The notes: a model not told the origin generated them from the sequence alone. Numbered from the stretch's first letter, positions 25,761 through 35,268 are shown. The stretch: DNA of 64,000 bases from a virus (IMGVR_UViG_3300026097_001455:1-64000); one strand, 5' to 3'. Numbers and translations are program-made.

Positions 25761-26468
25761 TTATCTATGGAATCTATGATTGTTTGTGCTCATCATATTG
25801 GTATCAAATATACCCATCCCTTTATTAGTGGCAGCACCCCCAGCTTTTCTAAGGTTCTTTTTAGTGTTAAGGTTGTCTTGCTTGAGTGAACCCATTTCTT
25901 GGTTTACCCAATCTTTACCAGAATCTCCGCCATGAAGTTCCCAGGCTTGAATTATTCCAGAATTTTTAACGGTTTTTCCTGCTTGCTTATCCTGGTTATA
26001 TTCGTCTTGATTGGTTTCAAAGAAAGATTTAAGCCTTCTCATCTGATCAAAAGACTGAGTTTGCTTAGAAGCGAGTTCCTTGGCTTTAGATAGTCCAGAG
26101 CCAGTGTTTGTACCAGATGTGGTTAGATTATTGTTATGAGCAGCATTAAGCGCCTCCTGAGCTCTCTGAGCAACGTTTGGTGGAGGAGTAAATGTTTTGT
26201 TGTTATCGAATTGAAATGCTTCGTACAAAACCTTTCTAACTCTTTGCCTAACTTCAGCTACCATTTTTGAATCCTGGTTTACTGAGCTAGTTTTTTTCTT
26301 GTAATCATTAACAACTGAGTCGGGATAAAGAGTGTTCTTATCCATAACATGAAGCCTATCTATATCATATCCCATATCAAGATAGTCCTCTAACTCATCG
26401 CTCCAGATGTAAATCATATCACCTGATTCTTCTGGACTAAATTTATCTCCAAATCCTAGTTGTTCCAT
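25761..26468 (-). CDS. hypothetical protein with conserved phage head-associated domain
   Basis: PPPNVAQRAQEAL..GSGLSKAKELA..MRRLKSFF..AWELHGGDSGKDW, preceded by the VRQRVRKVLYE helix. Confidence 0.7.
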   Translation of the reverse strand: MEQLGFGDKFSPEESGDMIYIWSDELEDYLDMGYDIDRLHVMDKNTLYPDSVVNDYKKKTSSVNQDSKMVAEVRQRVRKVLYEAFQFDNNKTFTPPPNVAQRAQEALNAAHNNNLTTSGTNTGSGLSKAKELASKQTQSFDQMRRLKSFFETNQDEYNQDKQAGKTVKNSGIIQAWELHGGDSGKDWVNQEMGSLKQDNLNTKKNLRKAGGAATNKGMGIFDTNMMSTNNHRFHR

Positions 26469-26959
26469 TACTTAATTAGATCAAGAATAGCGTTCTTAAT
26501 ATCTTGAGGTAATTTAGTAGGAAATCCTAATTGAGAAAGATTCCAGTTTACCTCGTCATAAAATGCTATGTCATTAACTGGCGCCCCGCTCTCAAGAGTT
26601 CTCTTAATAGCTATGTTTAAAGCCTCATCACTCTTAAGTGATATTGTATTTGCCTGAGCTCCTTGATATAAGGTGGGGTTGCTGTATAGGTTATCCACAA
26701 TAGAAGATACGCTTCTTGGTTGATTGGTGCCGTTCATTCCTCCACTAGCGTCTCCACCCATAAAATTACCTCCCTGAGTCTCTTGAATAGTTCCAGCCTT
26801 TTCTCCAGAAGCTAATTCCGATAGTCTCTTATATTCTTCTGATAGTTTTTCAGCGTTAGTTTCGTCTCTATCCTCTTTGAATACTTCGTTCTTCTTGTCT
26901 AGTGCTTTAGAAAGCTCTAGCATTCTGTTTTTTTCTTTATTCTCCTTGTTCTCTTCCAT
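26468..26959 (-). CDS. hypothetical protein
   Basis: NRMLELS and KRLSELASG motifs; start refined to MEENKE. Confidence 0.7.
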   Translation of the reverse strand: MEENKENKEKNRMLELSKALDKKNEVFKEDRDETNAEKLSEEYKRLSELASGEKAGTIQETQGGNFMGGDASGGMNGTNQPRSVSSIVDNLYSNPTLYQGAQANTISLKSDEALNIAIKRTLESGAPVNDIAFYDEVNWNLSQLGFPTKLPQDIKNAILDLIK

Positions 26960-26970
26960 AATAATTATTT

Positions 26971-27435
26971 TTACCAAACGATAAACCCTTGGCCAAGATC
27001 GCCAGAATAAAACCTAATAGATTTAGGTACAAAAGACTTGTAAATTTTCTCAAGGTCAAACTTAGGACTTGTAACCATACTGTTAGTTGAGTTGTTAGGC
27101 ATTTCATCATCTGGCATGATATTACCATCATCGTCCACTATCTCATTCATATTCGCATCTCCCTCAGAAGAGTTAGATAAAAAGTCAACAAGAAAATCTC
27201 TAAACATATTGCTATACTGCTCCTTGTTAGATTGAACCCAGTTTTTAAATTGTCCTAGCTCAACTACAGCACTAGCATCCTTTTCGTAGGGTGTAGAGAA
27301 ATTAAACTTTATGTAGTCATCTTCAACATTAAAGTCAACATCAGTAATATCTTTAACCATATCAGGTGATACGTCCATAATATCTTCGTTCTCACTAATG
27401 AGAACACTCAAGCATAAGTCTTTTAATTTCTTCAT
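26971..27435 (-). CDS. acidic hypothetical protein
   Basis: MKKLKDLCLSVLISE; ATATTTATT at 27449-27457 upstream. Confidence 0.7.
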   Translation of the reverse strand: MKKLKDLCLSVLISENEDIMDVSPDMVKDITDVDFNVEDDYIKFNFSTPYEKDASAVVELGQFKNWVQSNKEQYSNMFRDFLVDFLSNSSEGDANMNEIVDDDGNIMPDDEMPNNSTNSMVTSPKFDLEKIYKSFVPKSIRFYSGDLGQGFIVW

Positions 27436-27473
27436 GAAGCGCTTTTTAAATAAATATGCGGAAATTAAAGAAA

Positions 27474-27842
27474 CTACAACTTATTTAGACAATCGCTAAT
27501 GAAATCTGGCTTTACTGTAAAAAGGTTTTTAGACAAAGATTTGGTTTCTGTCTCCTGATATGTATCTACTCTCTCGATAATATCAATTTTGCCATATGAG
27601 TTTATAGTGCCTCCGCTTTCTATGGCAGTATACGAAGTGCTTTCATGCCAGGGTACAGAGTGGAGCATTACTGGTGATATATATTCTATAGTACTACTCA
27701 CAAGCTCTTTGTCGCATTCATTCACAAATTTCCTGTGCATTACATTGTTCTGAACCCTGTAGTAGCAATTAAGATTACCACCATCATTAAACTCCACAAA
27801 ATCAGTGAGGTTATTGGTCTTGTCGTAAATACTTATCTTCAT
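27474..27842 (-). CDS. hypothetical protein
   Basis: Coupled ORF. Confidence 0.6.
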   Translation of the reverse strand: MKISIYDKTNNLTDFVEFNDGGNLNCYYRVQNNVMHRKFVNECDKELVSSTIEYISPVMLHSVPWHESTSYTAIESGGTINSYGKIDIIERVDTYQETETKSLSKNLFTVKPDFISDCLNKL

Positions 27843-29797
27843 TACACCTCCTCTGAAAGTCTTAAGTCCTTGATAGGTCTAAATGATACATCTTTCTCTG
27901 TAAGATAATCCATAACAAGTTTCTTAAACCTATCGCTACCTAATTGGTTTGCAAATCCTTTAACCTGATCGAATTCAATACCATCTCTCTTGTTGTATGT
28001 GAATCCAATGGTATATCTCTCCATTTCATCTTCTGGTCTTTCTGGGTCTCTATCATAAGCTGAGCCTAACAGATATGTTCCCTGAGCTACGTTAGGAGCG
28101 TATGCAGAGGCGCTATGACGCATTTCTACACCTTCCTTAATGATCATGCCAGGAGAGTTGTGTAAAACGATCTCAAGAGGCCCATTGTAATCATCCTCTC
28201 CTTTAGTCTCAAGGAAATGGAATTTCTCAACAAATTCCTTAATAGCTCCCATCTTCTCCTCATCACTCTTAACCTTGTAATACTTAACTAGCATATCGTG
28301 ATATTCTACAAGATCATCATACGTCTTGATCTTGTTAAAGTGTCGCTTGGGGTCAAACTCCATTATTTCCATCATCATCCTCGCATCATCGTATTCAACG
28401 AACGAGAATTCTTTAACATTCTTATAGGTTTTAAAGAAATGCCTTGACTCAAGATATGAGTCAATAATCTGAAGCACTCTGTCTAGCTCATCAAACTCCA
28501 TTTTACTTCTAAAGTAAATTGCTTCAATAGCGTGAGTTAACAAGTCAAGATCATGCTTCTGCAGAAGGGCAATAACTTCTTTCTTTTCATAAAACTTAAA
28601 ATACTTGATGATTTGCTTATAATCAGCAAATGTATTTATTGTCTTAAATATGAACTTCGAGATTGTCCCATCCTCAACAGCGTCAAGAACCTGGTATCCA
28701 GAGTCAGTCTTAACAACCTTACCTCCTTTGTAGTTCTTGTTTTCCCTAACCATGTAGTTAGCGTCAACATCTTCATTCTTAACTTCAAACTTCAGATCAT
28801 CTTCAGATTTATTCTTTTCATTCTCATACTCGATTCTTTGCTTAGACTTATAAACAAAATCATGAGCTTCTTTATTATCTTCATTAACCTCTTCATTAAG
28901 CTTATTGATGTATTTAGTTACGAGGAAGTTGAATATCTTAACTGGAGATGTAGCTCCAGACTCTTCCATTTCTTTAGAATTAGGTATCTCACACTCAAGC
29001 ATAAGATCGTATAAAAACTGAGAACCTTTTGTAAGAGCAACTGTAGAAAGATTGCTGTATTTGATTATGCCAAAAAACACAGACAATAGCTTCTTTACAT
29101 AAGGAAGCCCTACATCATTTGACCTATTTCTTACAAACTCTAGAAATTCCGAAACAATGCTTGCATTCTTTGTATCTGAAACAAAATTAGCTAGTCTATT
29201 AATGTATAAGTGAAGGCTGAAGAAGTTGATTATCTTGTCTGTGTCCATAGTAAAGAACCTGTCAACATATTCAATAACTTCATCAAGATCGAACTCAACC
29301 TCTGGTTCATCCCCAAATTCTTGGAAGAATAAGTTTTTAGAGTTCTTTTCAAATCTCAGGTATTTGATTGATTCTTCAAACACAACTTTAAACTCATTTT
29401 CTCCACTTGAATTTGCTCTACTTGCAATTCCTGGACAAACTTTAGCATAGTATATGATAAGATCAGTATCGGTCTCTACAAACTCATATCCAGATATAAA
29501 AAACTCCCCAACGCTAATTAATTTCTTCTTTGCTTCTGGGTCGTTATATTTCTTTTCGCAGTGAGGGCATTTAATTTCTCTATCGAATGCAAGTTTAATA
29601 TCCTTATAAACTCCTTCATAAAGACCTTCTTCGTCATCCTGCATTACATGCTCAAGGTCTACCAACTCCTCTTCGTTACTAACAACAAACTGCTCTCCAC
29701 AGTTGCAAAAGAACCTATCTTCTGTCTTGTTTTCTCTGAAAATAAAGGAATACTCCTTGTCAATATTTTCTAAATTTATAATCCTATCTTTTACCAT
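27842..29797 (-). CDS. large PcfJ-like protein with N-terminal Zn ribbon
   Basis: FCNCG and CPHC; C-terminal IIKEGVEMRHSASAY...RYTIG...DQVKGFAN; TATTTTTG host-type element at 29812-29819. Confidence 0.75.
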   Translation of the reverse strand: MVKDRIINLENIDKEYSFIFRENKTEDRFFCNCGEQFVVSNEEELVDLEHVMQDDEEGLYEGVYKDIKLAFDREIKCPHCEKKYNDPEAKKKLISVGEFFISGYEFVETDTDLIIYYAKVCPGIASRANSSGENEFKVVFEESIKYLRFEKNSKNLFFQEFGDEPEVEFDLDEVIEYVDRFFTMDTDKIINFFSLHLYINRLANFVSDTKNASIVSEFLEFVRNRSNDVGLPYVKKLLSVFFGIIKYSNLSTVALTKGSQFLYDLMLECEIPNSKEMEESGATSPVKIFNFLVTKYINKLNEEVNEDNKEAHDFVYKSKQRIEYENEKNKSEDDLKFEVKNEDVDANYMVRENKNYKGGKVVKTDSGYQVLDAVEDGTISKFIFKTINTFADYKQIIKYFKFYEKKEVIALLQKHDLDLLTHAIEAIYFRSKMEFDELDRVLQIIDSYLESRHFFKTYKNVKEFSFVEYDDARMMMEIMEFDPKRHFNKIKTYDDLVEYHDMLVKYYKVKSDEEKMGAIKEFVEKFHFLETKGEDDYNGPLEIVLHNSPGMIIKEGVEMRHSASAYAPNVAQGTYLLGSAYDRDPERPEDEMERYTIGFTYNKRDGIEFDQVKGFANQLGSDRFKKLVMDYLTEKDVSFRPIKDLRLSEEV

Positions 29798-29833
29798 ACT
29801 TATTACGTTTTCAAAAATATATTCATTTAATAC

Positions 29834-29859
29834 AAAAAAACCAAGGCTTTCACCTTGGT
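29834..29859 (-). terminator. intrinsic terminator (GAAA tetraloop)
   Basis: ACCAAGGT-GAAA-GCCTTGGT followed by a T-run on - strand. Confidence 0.85.
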
Positions 29860-29890
29860 CTTATTATAAATGATATGATTGTTTTGCTTA

Positions 29891-30580
29891 TTATAGAAGC
29901 TTAGATACTTTCTTAGATTCTTCGTTAATGAAGTTGAATAGCTCTTTTTTGCTTTTAAATGACTCTGGTAGTTCAATTCCTTTTGCAATTCTTCCATATG
30001 GGTCATCAGCGCTTGGCGCCTTTTCCTTAGCATCAGCTTTCTTCTGACCTGTTGTATGCTTTTCTCTTCCTTTAATGTCTCCACCAGCCTCAACGTAAGT
30101 TTTAGCTCCTTTGTCGCCCTCCTTATCTTGTGAGTTCATTTTAACTTCATCCTTTCTATCTTCAAAAGGAGTAGAGGCGTCTGTTCCTTGATTTCCTTTT
30201 TTAGAATCAAAGTCACTGTTGTGCATTCCTTCAATGTGTGGATTATCAGAGCTTCCTTTTTTAGTTGAAGATTTAGCGTCTACTTTTGCGGCTGCAGCTA
30301 TTTCTTCATCATGTCCCTGATCTTTATCTTGCTGATTCATTTTAACATCTGTTGGAATGTCTGAATTTTCCATGTTAGCTTTCTTCTTTTCAAACTTACC
30401 ATCAGTGTTTTTAGTATAAGCAGAGCCGTCAGAATTGTCAACTCTATCCATAGCGTTCATCTTAACATCCATGGTATCACCAGCATCAGTGATCTTATCT
30501 GCTTCCTCAGAAATAATTCTAAGAGCTTCTTCTTTAATAAGTTCTTTCAACTCCTTTGGAGAAATGTTTATCTTATCCAT
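29891..30580 (-). CDS. low-complexity charged protein, candidate head-internal protein
   Basis: ISPKELKELIKEEALRIISE; three [DE]VKMN..D repeats; ATATTTATA at 30597-30605; start refined. Confidence 0.75.
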   Translation of the reverse strand: MDKINISPKELKELIKEEALRIISEEADKITDAGDTMDVKMNAMDRVDNSDGSAYTKNTDGKFEKKKANMENSDIPTDVKMNQQDKDQGHDEEIAAAAKVDAKSSTKKGSSDNPHIEGMHNSDFDSKKGNQGTDASTPFEDRKDEVKMNSQDKEGDKGAKTYVEAGGDIKGREKHTTGQKKADAKEKAPSADDPYGRIAKGIELPESFKSKKELFNFINEESKKVSKLL

Positions 30581-30648
30581 TGTATTGCAATTTTTATATA
30601 AATATGGAAGAAAACGCAAAATTCACCCCTTCTACAAAACTTTTTTAT

Positions 30649-30656
30649 TATATTTG
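30649..30656 (+). promoter_or_regulatory. Bacteroidota-type -7 element TATATTTG
   Basis: TAnnTTTG(C) upstream of infC. Confidence 0.65.
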
Positions 30657-30695
30657 CGTATAAGTACTAACCTATAATTAAAAAGACGTACACTA

Positions 30696-31247
30696 ATGGC
30701 GAACAATAGAGGGCGAAATAGAGGTCGAAAAAGAGATAGAGGACCTAAGCATAAAATAAACGATAAGATCAGATACCCAGAAGTAAGAGTTGTTGAAGGT
30801 ATTGATACTGGAATTTACGATACCTCTGAGGCTCTAAGAGAAGCTGAAGACCTTGGCTTGGACCTTGTTCTAATAACTGAGAATGCTAAACCACCAGTTT
30901 GCAAGGTGATTGATTACAAAAAATTCTTGTATGAAGAAAAGAAAAAGCAGAAAGAGCAAGAAAAAAATCAAATCAAAGTTGTTGTAAAAGAAGTTAGATT
31001 GTCTCCAAACATAGGAGATCATGATTTTGATGTGGTTAAGAAAAGGGCTCACGGCTTCCTAGAAGATGGGAATAAGGTAAAGGTGACTTTAAGATTTAAA
31101 GGCAGAAACATTGTTTTTAAAGAAAGAGGTGAAGAGGTAATGCTTAGATTTGCAGACGAGCTTAGCGAAGTAGGCGTTCCAGAGTCTATGCCTAAACTAC
31201 AGAACAGGCAAATGATCTTTACAATAAAGCCAAAAAAGAAAAAATGA
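30696..31247 (+). CDS. infC: translation initiation factor IF-3
   Basis: INDKIRYPEVRVV, LDLVLI..AKPPVCKVIDYKKFLYE, VKEVRLSPNIGDHD, GNKVKVTLRFKGR. Confidence 0.97.
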   Translation: MANNRGRNRGRKRDRGPKHKINDKIRYPEVRVVEGIDTGIYDTSEALREAEDLGLDLVLITENAKPPVCKVIDYKKFLYEEKKKQKEQEKNQIKVVVKEVRLSPNIGDHDFDVVKKRAHGFLEDGNKVKVTLRFKGRNIVFKERGEEVMLRFADELSEVGVPESMPKLQNRQMIFTIKPKKKK

Positions 31248-31759
31248 GTAACAAAGAAGAAAAGTTTAAGCTTTGGCCGACTATATCACCATCAGACAAA
31301 CAGGTGAAATCAGTTGTGGGAGAAGCTACTTGGGAGAGCATGAAAAGCAATGCGTTCAGAAGAGATAACTATACCTGTCAAGGGTGTACATTTGAGCCTT
31401 ATGAAGTTCCTCCAGAGGAAGTTCTTGATATACATGTTGTTTCTGTTGATGAGAGTAATCCAGAGAACTCAGAAGTAAGAACGACTTGTATGTTATGTCA
31501 TTTTATAGAACATATTGACGCAGCTCTGGCGAAAGGTTATGTTGATCTGGTTAATAGCCACTTTTCTCAAGGTCAGATTATAAACATATGCCGCAACAAT
31601 TCTTTAAGTGATCACATAGAGAATGGTGACATTAGATACATAAAAAAATCTCCTCAAGAATATCTTGAAGAGATTAAATCTGGTATCGCCAAAGAAGGAC
31701 GTGTAAAAGTTGTATTCACGGAAAAGTTTATGCGTGAAATGGGTATAATGAGTGATTAA
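31244..31759 (+). CDS. HNH-like Zn-binding protein (DotN/IcmJ-like)
   Basis: FRRDNYTCQGC...DIH...TTCMLCH...SQGQIINICR. Confidence 0.7.
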   Translation: MSNKEEKFKLWPTISPSDKQVKSVVGEATWESMKSNAFRRDNYTCQGCTFEPYEVPPEEVLDIHVVSVDESNPENSEVRTTCMLCHFIEHIDAALAKGYVDLVNSHFSQGQIINICRNNSLSDHIENGDIRYIKKSPQEYLEEIKSGIAKEGRVKVVFTEKFMREMGIMSD

Positions 31760-32574
31760 GACTTCTTAATCTTCACTGGAACCATTTTGTAAAACTTTCC
31801 ATCTTGTCCTTTGACAACTTGGTATCCGTCTTTAGTTTTGGTGTAATTTTCGTAAGTTAGTTTTCCTTTAGTTTTTTCTGTGTAGCTATCAAGAACATCT
31901 GAAATTGTATTTCTTGCAATCTGCTCCATCATTTTCTTCATGTTGTTGAAGTCAAAGTTAGGTTGTCCTTGAGTTTGCTGATCTCCCATGACATTTGCCA
32001 TTTGATTTGCACTAGCCTTAGAAGCATACTGTAAATATTCACTATCGTTCTGCATCTTAGACCTTTTCTCTGCCATCATTCTTTGTGGATTGAATTCTGG
32101 TACGTATCCATTATCATCAACACTCAAGTCTGGTTGCGATGTATTTGCAGCATTTGGGTTGTAAGTAGGAGTTGAGTATGAACCTCCGCCTCCACCTCCG
32201 AACATAGCGTCAATAGCGTCTAACTCAGAGTTTCCACTACTTTTTGGCTTTGGTGGCAACCCAGCATCTGGATTAATCTTATAGCTTGGGTCGCTTACAC
32301 TGTTGTTAGGGTTGTTAGGATTTTTTTTCATCTTAGGCTCTGGAATACCTTGAAAACCCCCTGGGCCTGCTCCGTTCTTTTTAGCATTAACAAGGTTTGA
32401 CATATCACCTCTCTTAGCACCGCTTTTAAGAGCCTGAAGCCTTGAGTGCATGTCTGAATTTTGAGCTGTAACTGGAACGTGTGCTGTTCCTCCCTCATTC
32501 AAAGGGACTTCTGTGATAGGCATTGGTATACCCGCTTTTTTAGCTCTTGCTCTTTTTTCTTCTAATGTTGGCAT
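31756..32574 (-). CDS. low-complexity (N/G/P/Q-rich) hypothetical protein
   Basis: 272-aa ORF. Confidence 0.7.
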   Translation of the reverse strand: MPTLEEKRARAKKAGIPMPITEVPLNEGGTAHVPVTAQNSDMHSRLQALKSGAKRGDMSNLVNAKKNGAGPGGFQGIPEPKMKKNPNNPNNSVSDPSYKINPDAGLPPKPKSSGNSELDAIDAMFGGGGGGSYSTPTYNPNAANTSQPDLSVDDNGYVPEFNPQRMMAEKRSKMQNDSEYLQYASKASANQMANVMGDQQTQGQPNFDFNNMKKMMEQIARNTISDVLDSYTEKTKGKLTYENYTKTKDGYQVVKGQDGKFYKMVPVKIKKS

Positions 32575-32588
32575 AATATTGTTTTTAA

Positions 32589-33056
32589 TTAGTCCTCTTC
32601 CTCTTCGCCTTCTCTTATCCTTCTAGCTTCTTCTTCAGTTATTTTTTTAAACTTAAGTCTTTCAGCTGTATTTAGCTCTCTTATATTAGAGATCACAAAG
32701 TCATGAAAAAATCTAAATTTTTTGTATTTTGTTTCACCCTCTGGGTTTCTAACTTCATCATTGGTAGCTTCTTCATCGACCTCTTCCTCTTTAAATATCC
32801 TTAAAAATAATTCATACTCATTTGGCTTCATATCCGCCTTTACTGTAAGTACGCCTTTTTTTTCTCTACCAAACTTTCTGAACCTAACTCCTCTGCCGAT
32901 CATCTCAAAAACCATATCTTTAAGGTCTATATAACTGGCCTGTTCTATTTCTGAATAACTAATCCAGTCTCCATAGAACTCTTCAAAAGTATTCATTGGA
33001 TATTTGTAATGGATGTCGATAAGTATTGGTGTTGTACCTTTTCTATTTTTTGCCAT
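32589..33056 (-). CDS. hypothetical protein
   Basis: ORF. Confidence 0.7.
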   Translation of the reverse strand: MAKNRKGTTPILIDIHYKYPMNTFEEFYGDWISYSEIEQASYIDLKDMVFEMIGRGVRFRKFGREKKGVLTVKADMKPNEYELFLRIFKEEEVDEEATNDEVRNPEGETKYKKFRFFHDFVISNIRELNTAERLKFKKITEEEARRIREGEEEED

Positions 33057-33333
33057 AACTTAAAATAACTGCTTCTGCACCTTCAGAATCCCACCAAACG
33101 TAAAACTCTTCGTTTCTCTTAGGGTGCAAGAAAAATAATCTATCAATTTCTTTCTTGTACTTCGCTCTCTTGAACGTTTTTTTAAGTTTATCCACTTGAT
33201 CTTGGATGTACTCATCCTCGGTATCAATGCTAAGCAAATCATCTTTAGTTTCTTTTAGGTCGTCAGTAAACCACCTAAGAATCTCTTTTCTGTAGACTTT
33301 TTGATTGTCTATTATTTGCTGAATAGTATGCAT
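33043..33333 (-). CDS. hypothetical protein
   Basis: ORF; ATG start MHTIQQ. Confidence 0.6.
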   Translation of the reverse strand: MHTIQQIIDNQKVYRKEILRWFTDDLKETKDDLLSIDTEDEYIQDQVDKLKKTFKRAKYKKEIDRLFFLHPKRNEEFYVWWDSEGAEAVILSYGKK

Positions 33334-33390
33334 AAACTTCAAAAGAAATATAATACAACAGCTATCTAAAGTAAATAGTTATGAATGTAA

Positions 33391-34053
33391 TTATGCTTCA
33401 GGGATTGGTTCTTCACCCCCTGCTGCTGGCTCCTGTGGCTCTGGTTCTTTATCAACTGGGTCACCTCCAGGTTTTCCTGGAATTATAGTGAGCTTTTCTC
33501 TCCAATCTTTTTGCCAAGCATCATAATGGCTATAGAGTTTCTCTACTAATCTTTTATTACCAGAAGTAACCAAAAGGTCTTCGGTGTTTATAACAAGACC
33601 GTCTTTTAGAGAATAAGCCCAGCTTAGAGTTCCTTCTCTTCCCATTTTAATTTGTCCAGATGCTCCAGCCTCAATTCCATCTTGTCCTACAGACATCTTA
33701 AGAGAGTATCCATTAGATTGCGTATCAAATACAACAGAAGCGCCATCAACCTCTTGAAGCATTTGTTCGAAAGAGTTTTCAAACTCAGCTATTTCAGAAG
33801 ACGTGATCTGTGGAATTCCGCTACCGTAGCTTTCTCTTATTGTTGTAGAAATAAGTTTATTTCCGTTCTTGTCTTCTTCTGGCTTATCTCCTCCGTAAAA
33901 AACAGCATATTCAAGCTCTTCTTCAGACAACCCCTTTGGCTTAAAGGTTCTGCTTCTAGCTTTCTTTTTTTTCTGAGCGCTATCTTTAAGAGTTTCAAAA
34001 GCAAGAGACTGAATCTCCTGTCTGATCATTTCTAATAAATCGTTTCTAGTCAT
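33391..34053 (-). CDS. hypothetical protein with shared N-terminal helix
   Basis: MTRNDLLEMIRQEIQSL; Pro/Glu-rich tail. Confidence 0.75.
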   Translation of the reverse strand: MTRNDLLEMIRQEIQSLAFETLKDSAQKKKKARSRTFKPKGLSEEELEYAVFYGGDKPEEDKNGNKLISTTIRESYGSGIPQITSSEIAEFENSFEQMLQEVDGASVVFDTQSNGYSLKMSVGQDGIEAGASGQIKMGREGTLSWAYSLKDGLVINTEDLLVTSGNKRLVEKLYSHYDAWQKDWREKLTIIPGKPGGDPVDKEPEPQEPAAGGEEPIPEA

Positions 34054-34054
34054 A

Positions 34055-34279
34055 TTAAATCTGGTTTATCCACATGCCTTTCTTTTCCCACATCCACCTG
34101 TGATACTTAAGCATGGTTTTTTTAATTAAGTCTTTGACTTCTTTACTGGTCATGACGTCCTTAACAGCTTTCTCAGCTTCATCTTGAGCTATTTTTTTAA
34201 CATCCTTATCATCAGGCATGTTTCTCAACTCGCTCTTAAGAACATCTTTCACTATACTCCTAACCTCTTTCTTGGTCAT
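34055..34279 (-). CDS. small hypothetical protein with two copies of the shared helix
   Basis: MTKKEVRSIVKDVLKSE and MTSKEVKDLIKKTM. Confidence 0.7.
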   Translation of the reverse strand: MTKKEVRSIVKDVLKSELRNMPDDKDVKKIAQDEAEKAVKDVMTSKEVKDLIKKTMLKYHRWMWEKKGMWINQI

Positions 34280-35184
34280 TACTCATTAATTTTTTCTTTA
34301 ACTCGGTTAAGCATTTCAAAAAGTCTTTCATCTGGATAGGTGTCCTGCTTATCTCTTCTTATGCTTGTATGGCTCCAGATACCTGGGGTTTTGTTCTTAT
34401 ATAAGTCCTGACTGTATTCGAGCCACTCTCTATCGAATTCGATATTTTGTACTGGTATTTTGTATTCCTTAACCATCCAAATAATAAGCTTTTCAAGAGA
34501 TTTTATTTGCTTGTCAGAATACTTGTGGTAATACTTATCACCTCTCCACTTATCTTCAAGCGTGTATACTTCGTCTTCTGGAACCTGTCCTCCATAAACG
34601 TTATAGAACTTATCTCCTTTTTTAGTAAGTCTTCCCCAGGCGCAAATCTCAACACCTATTGAATGCTTATCAAGCTTACCTTTAGTTCCTTTTGCTCCAA
34701 GATGGTAACTCCAATAGTCTGGATTGTGAGCTTCATATACCTTTCCATCTTCTTCTCCTCTACCACTTATTACAAATGCGGTAGCAATTCTTGGAGCGTT
34801 TCCGTCCCAGTATTTAATAACTCTCTTAGCATCAGGTCCACTTACTGTGTAGTGTATGAAAATCTTATCTTTATCAAATACTTGCTTAATATATTGCTCT
34901 GGACCCATGTGATGATCTGCATCAACATCTAATCCTGGATAGTCTTTTGATCTGCTAGAATCTTTATCTTCCTTTGAAGTTCTTTTTTGAGCAGCTTTAA
35001 GAGCAGCAAAAGTTTTAGGACCAGCAATTCCATCTACTACAAGTCCATACTTCTTCTGAAATGCTTTAAGTGACCTCAAAGTTTTCGGCCCTAGATCGCC
35101 ATCAATTACAAGATCATACCCTAACATGGATAATAATTTTTGTAACTTAGATACCTCTGCGCCTTTGTCTCCCAATGTAACCAT
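34279..35184 (-). CDS. endolysin: peptidoglycan-binding domain + Amidase_2 N-acetylmuramoyl-L-alanine amidase
   Basis: GDKGAEVSKLQKLL..IDGDLGPKT..FQKKYGLVVDGIAGPKT; FIHYT, YHLG, SIGVEI, WSHT..KQD; CTATTTATA at 35198-35206. Confidence 0.92.
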   Translation of the reverse strand: MVTLGDKGAEVSKLQKLLSMLGYDLVIDGDLGPKTLRSLKAFQKKYGLVVDGIAGPKTFAALKAAQKRTSKEDKDSSRSKDYPGLDVDADHHMGPEQYIKQVFDKDKIFIHYTVSGPDAKRVIKYWDGNAPRIATAFVISGRGEEDGKVYEAHNPDYWSYHLGAKGTKGKLDKHSIGVEICAWGRLTKKGDKFYNVYGGQVPEDEVYTLEDKWRGDKYYHKYSDKQIKSLEKLIIWMVKEYKIPVQNIEFDREWLEYSQDLYKNKTPGIWSHTSIRRDKQDTYPDERLFEMLNRVKEKINE

Positions 35185-35242
35185 AAATCAATTTTATTAT
35201 AAATAGGTAGAAAACTGGTGTTTTTAAGATTTAAAGCAAAAT

Positions 35243-35268
35243 AAAAAAGCCCCCAAACTGGAGGCTTT
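35243..35268 (-). terminator. intrinsic terminator
   Basis: AAAGCCTCCA-gtt-TGGGGGCTTT plus T-run on - strand. Confidence 0.8.

Noticed and set aside
31244-31759. Type IVB secretion system
   Set aside because: Only a DotN-like fold is present; no other dot/icm genes.
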